Source of the DNA: a virus
Taxonomy: Duplodnaviria > Caudoviricetes
Length of the DNA stretch: 38,913 nucleotides
IMG/VR virus record: IMGVR_UViG_3300033407_000059
Coordinates: 1-38,913 of that record
Reading direction: 5' to 3' (one strand)
The notes beneath the pieces are model-generated. The model was not told where the DNA came from and ran no database searches. It saw only the letters and a list, made by a program, of their open reading frames with translations. This document shows positions 33,205 to 38,913 of the stretch, one piece after another. The position numbers and the translations under genes were made by a program. Within the stretch, counting starts at the first letter, position 1. Each line of letters opens with the position of its first letter.

Positions 33205-33984
33205 TTACTCGCTGGCTTTTCTTCGCACTTGATTCTTCATTTGGTCGAAGGACTTTTTATCCTTCTTCCAAACGCTGCCGCCTTCGGAGCCACCGTCTTG
33301 ATGACCCGATCCGCCACCCTCATCGTTGGCTCCGTCGTCCGCTTTGACACGGGCTTTGGCACCCATTTTGAGGATCGCTTTCACACCACCGGCCGCTTCG
33401 ACCATGACGGTCTCAACGGGGAGATGCTGCCTACTCGGATGCTTCCAAATCTTCAACGCTTTCTCTCGGAAAGGTTTGAAGAGGGGGTTTTCGGCAATGT
33501 AGCCGTCTGCCTCTTGGGCATCCTGCGTGGCCTGCTGCTGTTCAAGGTGCGGTGCGAGCTTCTGTTCGAGTTTCTCGTCCAGTTTCCTGTCGAGATCGTC
33601 GTCGCCATCGGCATCGTCGTCGCTTTTGCCGTCTTTGGCTTTCTGCTGACGCTCCAGCTTTCTGGCTTGCCGTTCGAGGAAGTAGTCAGTTTTTGACTTA
33701 CGAACGGTCTTGCGAACGGGCGGCTCACCTTCGTCGTCGGCCTTTGTGCCGTCTTCGTCGGTTTTTTTCCCGTCCTTTGACGAATCTTTCTCCTTCCCGT
33801 CGTCGCCGCTTTCGTCTTTGCCGTCGGCGTCGTTGCTGGCGTCGTCGTCGGCCCCCTCGGCGTCGTCGGTCTCGGTCTGCTGATCGTCTTTCGTGGTGTC
33901 GTCACCGGCACCATCGTCGTCGTCAGCTCCCGGTCGAGTGCTGCCGTCCTCTTCTTGGTCGTCAGCTTTTTCCTCGTCTCCCAT
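33205..33984 (-). CDS. Capsid scaffolding protein
   Basis: Very acidic D/E-rich N-half and helical C-half; directly upstream of the MCP; SD AAGGAG before ATG 33984. Confidence 0.75.
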   Translation of the reverse strand: MGDEEKADDQEEDGSTRPGADDDDGAGDDTTKDDQQTETDDAEGADDDASNDADGKDESGDDGKEKDSSKDGKKTDEDGTKADDEGEPPVRKTVRKSKTDYFLERQARKLERQQKAKDGKSDDDADGDDDLDRKLDEKLEQKLAPHLEQQQATQDAQEADGYIAENPLFKPFREKALKIWKHPSRQHLPVETVMVEAAGGVKAILKMGAKARVKADDGANDEGGGSGHQDGGSEGGSVWKKDKKSFDQMKNQVRRKASE

Positions 33985-34257
33985 GTAAGGTACTCCTTTC
34001 TCGCTCGCACGGGGGAATGGGGAAACCCGTGTCTGCGGAATGACTCGGCGTTTCGACAACGCCGGAAAATAAAAGGAACCCGCATAGCGGGTTCGTATAG
34101 GCGTGGAAGAGGGGAATCGTCAAACCTCTTCCATGCCCTATTCGCCGGCGACAACCGGAGAACGAAAAGGCGAACGGCACCACGACGAGCCGTTGAACCG
34201 CCTATAGAAACGCACTATGCAAACGATTTTGTTCGATTGTAAAGAAACGTGTCGTGG
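33985..34257 (-). other. Structured intergenic leader upstream of scaffold/MCP with internal terminator-like hairpin
   Basis: Six consecutive stem-loops, including GAACCCGC-N3-GCGGGTTC (34076-34094) followed by CTTTTATTTT. Confidence 0.55.
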
Positions 34258-34617
34258 TTATTTTTTTGCACCCGACTCACTCGCCTTGGTGAACTGCTCG
34301 ACCGAGTAATACGGATCGTCTTCGGGTTCGAGCGGTTGGCCTTCGAGCACCTTGATTTGCGCTCGCGGCATGGCGAGGAGTTTTTTCAGGTCGAGCCGTC
34401 GGAGTTTCAGAAGTTGTCGCTCCTGCTCGTTGAGTTCCCGGTTGTCCGGGTCTTCGCCGAGTAAAATTGTTCCGAGTCGCTCTACGTTCAACTGTAGCAC
34501 TTTCTCAAGGAACAGCCAACCGGGATGCCGGCGCAATTCGGACAGTTCAGCGGCCGCTTTTCGGTTGTCCGATTCGGACTCGAAGGTGTTGACCACCAGT
34601 GGCAGGTTCTCGATCAT
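34258..34617 (-). CDS. Small protein downstream of the portal
   Basis: L..HPGW..L and LLAMP pattern, ATGA-coupled to the portal gene; usual portal-scaffold intervening gene. Confidence 0.7.
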   Translation of the reverse strand: MIENLPLVVNTFESESDNRKAAAELSELRRHPGWLFLEKVLQLNVERLGTILLGEDPDNRELNEQERQLLKLRRLDLKKLLAMPRAQIKVLEGQPLEPEDDPYYSVEQFTKASESGAKK

Positions 34618-36617
34618 TGCTCGGGTTGACCTTCAAATGATCGTGTTTGCTGTGGTTGTGGGGCCGATGAGGGTGCACCGCCGCGATCCATCGAACCTGC
34701 CGGACGCATAATCTCTTCCGGTGTTTCTGCACCGGCAGCGACCGGCTGCGGCGCATACTGCGGATTTTCGAGCTTGAACATCATCGCTCGCTTGTGCGCC
34801 TCGATGTGGGCGTATTTTGCAGGGGTGTCGGCCGCCTTGTTGTGCTCCTCCATGTGGGCCATGTCGTCGTCGAGCACGTCAACCTCGACCATTCTGTTTC
34901 CGTCGAGCATGTCGTTTTCCTGCCGGGCCTTGAGTTCGTGAATGTTGGCCGGCAGCGCGTGGTTGATGTCCTCGTTCGTAAAGCCGGAGAGGCGGCCAAA
35001 CTGACGCATGATACCGCGTCGGTTCGATGACGGGTCGGACAAAAGAATCCCGGCCCAGTTCGTGTACATTTGGAGCTTCAAGAGCCGCTCTTGATCGGCG
35101 ACCACAGTGCTCGTGATCGTCACGTCGGGGTCGGCCTGCATCTCGATGTTGTCTTTCGTGAGCTTACGGAAGCGCGTGCCGAGTGCGCCCGTGATCCGCA
35201 CGACCTTCTCGTCAATGTCTTTCGCAAAATGCCGCTTGTAGAGCGAATACCACTGTTCCCAAAACCGCGTTTCACTCCACCCGAAAATCTTTGCGGAGAG
35301 TGAGTACCGAGTGTTGACGTTCGCCGCAAGGCGGTTCGTTTCCGTCGCCGTCCTGCGCTGCGTGGACTGCACGCCCTGTTGAATCTCCGGCGTCGCTGTC
35401 GCTCGCTGTGCGGCAACATCGAGCAGACCGAGAATGTAGTCGGCTTCCTGACCGACCGTCTTGCGCTGAATTGCGGCGACAGCACCATTCGGATCGCCCG
35501 TCACCGGCACGTGCTTGTTGAACCCGAAGTCGAGGTCGGAACGCGCCCGAATCTTGTTTTGGTCATACAGGTACATCGGGTGCAGGTTCGACTTCGCGCC
35601 CCGCAAGCCGAGGTTGATGAACACGGAACGAGCGCGCTGTTTGTCTTCCACGAGGTCGGGAATTGAGACGCCATCCCAGTCGTGCGTCATGGGGTAGAGC
35701 ACGCGGTCAATGACGGGGATCATGGCGACTCCTCGCCCGTTGTCCGACTTGATCTCCTTGTAGCGCACGACTTTCGTTCGGTCGTTGGCGAGCGTGACGA
35801 GAACGCGCTTGCCACGCCACACCGTGTACCACTCCGCCAGTTTGTACTCGACGTTCTCGCCGGTGAGCGACTTCGTGGTCTGCTGGTCGCCGAAGCCCTG
35901 CGCCTCGGCCCGGATGCGCCGCGCGTCGTAGGTAATGTCAAACGGATCGGTCACGCCCTTTCCCATTTCGGACGTGCGGATGTTGAAGTAGACGCCGGCG
36001 CGCTTCATCTCCGACTTTGTGAGCAGCATGTCGCGGCCAAAGAACCGTGCCGCGTTCATGCCGCGTCGGTTGCCCTGCATCGAGTGAGCGCGGGGATCGC
36101 GCAAGCAGACGAGCGGGTTCAGCACTTCGCCGACCGGGGCGAGAATGGATCGGTCAAACTCACGGAGTAACTGCAAACCGCGCCCGAAGAAGAGCGTGTC
36201 CCAGTCCCACTCGTAGTCGAGCATGTCCTTGCCCATGACTCGGTAGTCGTGTTTCGCCATCATCGTGACGGCTTCGGCGGCGTCCACGTCGCCCGGCTCG
36301 TTCGGCTCGAACGATACCTGCAACACGTCATTGTAGAGCGACGAGAGAACGGTTTGCATCACGCCGAAGAGCAGCGGATCACCGACCGCTTCTTTGTCGC
36401 GTCGCTGGTTGTTGTACAAAAGCAGCCGGGTCTTCCACTCGTCCCAGCGTGGCTTCATGTAGTCGTACGCGATCGAATACTCCGAGTCAATCTGCGCGAT
36501 CACGCTCTTGAAAAAACCGTCTTTCGACCGTTTCTCAAGTTTCTCCAGCTCTGTTTTGAGCGAAGCGTCCAGCTGTTCGCCTTCTTCGTTGTGTTCCGGT
36601 TTGGGTTGTTTGGCCAT
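34614..36617 (-). CDS. Portal protein (P22-like)
   Basis: 667 aa between TerL and scaffold; FEP..PGDVDAAE, DTLFFGRG, DLVEDKQR, TATE motifs; SD GGAGG. Confidence 0.88.
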   Translation of the reverse strand: MAKQPKPEHNEEGEQLDASLKTELEKLEKRSKDGFFKSVIAQIDSEYSIAYDYMKPRWDEWKTRLLLYNNQRRDKEAVGDPLLFGVMQTVLSSLYNDVLQVSFEPNEPGDVDAAEAVTMMAKHDYRVMGKDMLDYEWDWDTLFFGRGLQLLREFDRSILAPVGEVLNPLVCLRDPRAHSMQGNRRGMNAARFFGRDMLLTKSEMKRAGVYFNIRTSEMGKGVTDPFDITYDARRIRAEAQGFGDQQTTKSLTGENVEYKLAEWYTVWRGKRVLVTLANDRTKVVRYKEIKSDNGRGVAMIPVIDRVLYPMTHDWDGVSIPDLVEDKQRARSVFINLGLRGAKSNLHPMYLYDQNKIRARSDLDFGFNKHVPVTGDPNGAVAAIQRKTVGQEADYILGLLDVAAQRATATPEIQQGVQSTQRRTATETNRLAANVNTRYSLSAKIFGWSETRFWEQWYSLYKRHFAKDIDEKVVRITGALGTRFRKLTKDNIEMQADPDVTITSTVVADQERLLKLQMYTNWAGILLSDPSSNRRGIMRQFGRLSGFTNEDINHALPANIHELKARQENDMLDGNRMVEVDVLDDDMAHMEEHNKAADTPAKYAHIEAHKRAMMFKLENPQYAPQPVAAGAETPEEIMRPAGSMDRGGAPSSAPQPQQTRSFEGQPEQ

Positions 36618-36632
36618 ACGCCTCCGACTTCG

Positions 36633-36812
36633 CTATGCGGGCAGGTCTTCCAACTCGGCCCACTGTGCGGTAAACGACTCACTCTTCGTTTCCCGGTTGA
36701 TGTGGATGCTCGCGTTGATCATGGTCACGCTATCCTTGCCCTGCAAGGCGGACACGATCTTGAGCAACTCGTCGAGCGTCGCACACGTGTACGATTTGTT
36801 CACGGTAGTCAT
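36633..36812 (-). CDS. Hypothetical protein, 59 aa
   Basis: Manual translation MTTVNKSYTCATLDELLKIV...; ATGA overlap with the upstream gene. Confidence 0.6.
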   Translation of the reverse strand: MTTVNKSYTCATLDELLKIVSALQGKDSVTMINASIHINRETKSESFTAQWAELEDLPA

Positions 36813-37075
36813 GCTTTCTTTTCTCCTTCCGCGCCGACCTCGCGCACCTCGAAGGTGCCGGTCAGCTTATTTGTATCCTTCGCCAGCCACGGGTAACGCC
36901 CGGTGCTTTTTTTGACCATGCGAACCTTGAGTGTGATGCTGTATTCGCCCTTCACGTCCCAATCTCGAACCTCCGGCAAATCGTTTTCGGTGAACGTAAT
37001 GCGCGGGTACATCGGTTCATGTGCCGCGTCCATGCTCTTGTAGTTTTCCCCGGTCACTTTTTTCATGGTGGCCAT
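36809..37075 (-). CDS. Hypothetical protein, 88 aa
   Basis: DLPEVRDWDVKGEY beta-rich small protein between TerL and the portal. Confidence 0.7.
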   Translation of the reverse strand: MATMKKVTGENYKSMDAAHEPMYPRITFTENDLPEVRDWDVKGEYSITLKVRMVKKSTGRYPWLAKDTNKLTGTFEVREVGAEGEKKA

Positions 37076-37104
37076 AGTGCCTCAAGTATACACCTTTTTC
37101 GCCG

Positions 37105-38616
37105 TCAACCAAACGGGTCAAACGAACTTTCCTCGATCTCCCCGGTCACGCCCCCGCCGGCGAGAGCGCCGTCGCCCATGCCAAGACGCTCATCGTACGG
37201 GATGAAGGCCGGCTCTTGAATCAGCCCGCGACCAATGTTTTCGATGAAATGGTCGTCTTTGTCCACTGTTTTCTCCTTCGGGCCGTGCTCGTCACGAGAG
37301 CGGCCGCGCCATTCGTCCCAACGGTAGTGCTCAAACTCGAAGATCGTCCGGGTGCAGTAGTTGAACACGTACAATTCCGGCGTGCGGATGAACTCGTTGC
37401 CGACCCGTTCGTAATTCAGTGCGTCCGCGATGCGGCGATCAGCCGTGCGCCGGGCCTTTGTCGCCTCGCTGTACCGCAGGCCGTGGTTGGCGAGCTTGGT
37501 AGCAAGGGACATGCCCGTGTGCTGGTCTTCGACAAACGCGGAAGGATCGGCGAGGCGGTGCACGACGCGGTACTGCGATGCCTTGTTCTTGATCCGCATG
37601 GCCAGCTCTTCGTCTCCGGTGACGTTCTCGAACAGTTCGTCCACGATGAACTTCTGCCCGTGCCGATCAACGGCCAACCACGTCACGGCGTCCGGGTTGC
37701 GTGGGTGCGGATCGAGCATCTCGATGACCGAGAACTCGCGCGGACTGACCGGGAAAGGCCGGATGACGTGTACCTTGCGCTCCCATCGTTTGAACACGAG
37801 ACCAACAAGGTGTTGGAAGAGACCGTGCGCGCGGGCCTGCATGTCGTCCTCGTTGTACTCAGAGAGCATGTCCTGAATGTGCGCGTGTTCGAGGAAACCA
37901 CGCGTGCCGTGTTCTTTGCAGGCGCTCTCCACGTCGGCGGTGATGAACGTCCGACGCCCGTGTTCGCCTTCCACGTTCGTGACGATCTGGTCGTACATCC
38001 ACGCGCTCCCGGCGAGTGGGGTTGCGGTGATGAACATGACGCCGCCCTTGCGGAGACGGGCGACGGTGGCCTTGTAGATGCTCTGCGGCGGCGGTTCGTC
38101 GAGCCACGCCCAGCCGAGCGTTGCTGACTCAAACTCTTTCGGGTCTTGCTCGTTGCTCATAATCTCGAACTCGAAGCCGGTGTCGGTCTTCCAGTACGAC
38201 TCAAAGTTCTTGCCGCGCTTCTCAGTGGTGTACCGATCGCGCGGGAGCCACGACTTCAATTCGGGAATGATGACGGCCTGAATGGTGGTCGGGTCGGACA
38301 CGATGCGGCCCCGCTTCGGAAACTTCCAGTTGTTGAAAAGCGGGTAATCGAACCACCCGTTTTGTCTGCCGTACATGATGTTCACGAGGACGTTCACGCC
38401 GAGCGTTGTCTTCCCCGTACCATTCGCGGCGGAGTCGAGAACGATGAAGTAATCGCCCCCGCCCACGAGGCCGATAAACTCTTCGCCAACGCCGGTCGGC
38501 ACAAAAAACTCGGACGATCGGTGCGCGACCTTCCGCAGTTTCTTCCGTCGGGCCTTGTCGTAATCCCGGTTCGCGGCGTCCAACGTCTTCGGTTTTTCTT
38601 CGTTACGCACGATCAT
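37105..38616 (-). CDS. terL: Terminase large subunit
   Basis: Walker A AANGTGKTT, Walker B WAWLDEPP, motif III TATP, nuclease LDPHPRNP..ADPSA..DKDDH. Confidence 0.93.
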   Translation of the reverse strand: MIVRNEEKPKTLDAANRDYDKARRKKLRKVAHRSSEFFVPTGVGEEFIGLVGGGDYFIVLDSAANGTGKTTLGVNVLVNIMYGRQNGWFDYPLFNNWKFPKRGRIVSDPTTIQAVIIPELKSWLPRDRYTTEKRGKNFESYWKTDTGFEFEIMSNEQDPKEFESATLGWAWLDEPPPQSIYKATVARLRKGGVMFITATPLAGSAWMYDQIVTNVEGEHGRRTFITADVESACKEHGTRGFLEHAHIQDMLSEYNEDDMQARAHGLFQHLVGLVFKRWERKVHVIRPFPVSPREFSVIEMLDPHPRNPDAVTWLAVDRHGQKFIVDELFENVTGDEELAMRIKNKASQYRVVHRLADPSAFVEDQHTGMSLATKLANHGLRYSEATKARRTADRRIADALNYERVGNEFIRTPELYVFNYCTRTIFEFEHYRWDEWRGRSRDEHGPKEKTVDKDDHFIENIGRGLIQEPAFIPYDERLGMGDGALAGGGVTGEIEESSFDPFG

Positions 38617-38913
38617 TGAGTTCAATGACACAACGCCGGTCGCCGCAGTTCGGCAGGTACTCGCAACGTGTCGTGACCGACGCGACGTAGCGCGGATCGT
38701 CGTCTTTGATCAACACGCCTTTTATGGCGTCAATAGCGAGCTTGGCACACACGTTATCCGCGTCAATCATGCGTTTCGTGGGGTACACGTTCGTGATGGA
38801 CACGTGCACGGGACGAGTAAAGAGACGGCGAGCACCGCGCGGCAGTGCGGCCAAAACGCTCATGCCGATGAACTCCCGCCACTGCTCGACTTTCCGCTTC
38901 CGAACGAACGGAC
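38603..38913 (-). CDS. rusA: 3' part of RusA-like resolvase (starts at position 200 across the junction)
   Basis: IDADNVCAKLAIDAIKGVLIKDDDPRYV carries the RusA catalytic D-x-D-N..K..D..DD pattern. Confidence 0.8.
   Translation of the reverse strand, partial: PFVRKRKVEQWREFIGMSVLAALPRGARRLFTRPVHVSITNVYPTKRMIDADNVCAKLAIDAIKGVLIKDDDPRYVASVTTRCEYLPNCGDRRCVIELNDRA
38787..38913. repeat. Terminal direct repeat, right copy
   Basis: Identical to 1-127. Confidence 0.95.

Noticed and set aside
38787-38913. 127-bp terminal repeat as a biological direct terminal repeat
   Set aside because: The length equals a standard assembler k-mer and it falls in the middle of the RusA-like gene, so it indicates circular assembly rather than virion ends.
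1-38913. Alternative genetic code or tRNA genes
   Set aside because: Genes are intact and densely packed in code 11 with all three stops used; no cloverleaf with a T-arm consensus was found by eye (tRNAscan not run).

Overview
This window looks like a complete, circularly assembled ~38.8 kb tailed-phage genome. Bases 1-127 are repeated exactly at 38787-38913, so the unit length is 38,786 bp. Every credible gene is on the minus strand, in standard code 11. In transcription order: terminase large subunit, P22-like portal, scaffold, N4-gp56-family major capsid protein, head/adaptor proteins, and two fibre-like proteins with matching 9-repeat C-terminal stalks (one has a Hint/intein-like domain inserted in its head domain). 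Then an M15 endolysin module, podovirus-type tail proteins, ejection proteins including a 2517-aa polyvalent protein (two HExxH zincins, an ART-like segment, wHTH, an N4/N6 DNA methyltransferase, a beta-clamp-like segment, an LPD38-like C-terminus) and a holin. An early region follows: orphan HicA, 3D-domain protein, KGG peptide, Sak4-like ATPase, PD-(D/E)XK nuclease, peptide deformylase, HNH endonuclease, a short lambda-O-like initiator, many small ORFs, a TerS-like protein and a RusA-like resolvase. I recognise no integrase, repressor, ParA/ParB, polymerase, helicase or tape-measure gene. The most notable non-coding signals are a candidate origin (AT-rich tract, two 16-bp iterons, helically phased DnaA-box-like 9-mers; a third iteron copy sits inside the initiator gene) and a near-consensus chromosomal parS site about 0.9 kb away. 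Together they suggest replication and segregation by borrowing host DnaA and ParB. The host is unknown; the SD-poor starts and small-gene style are reminiscent of Patescibacteria (CPR) phages, which is inference only. All calls come from motif recognition by eye, not database searches.
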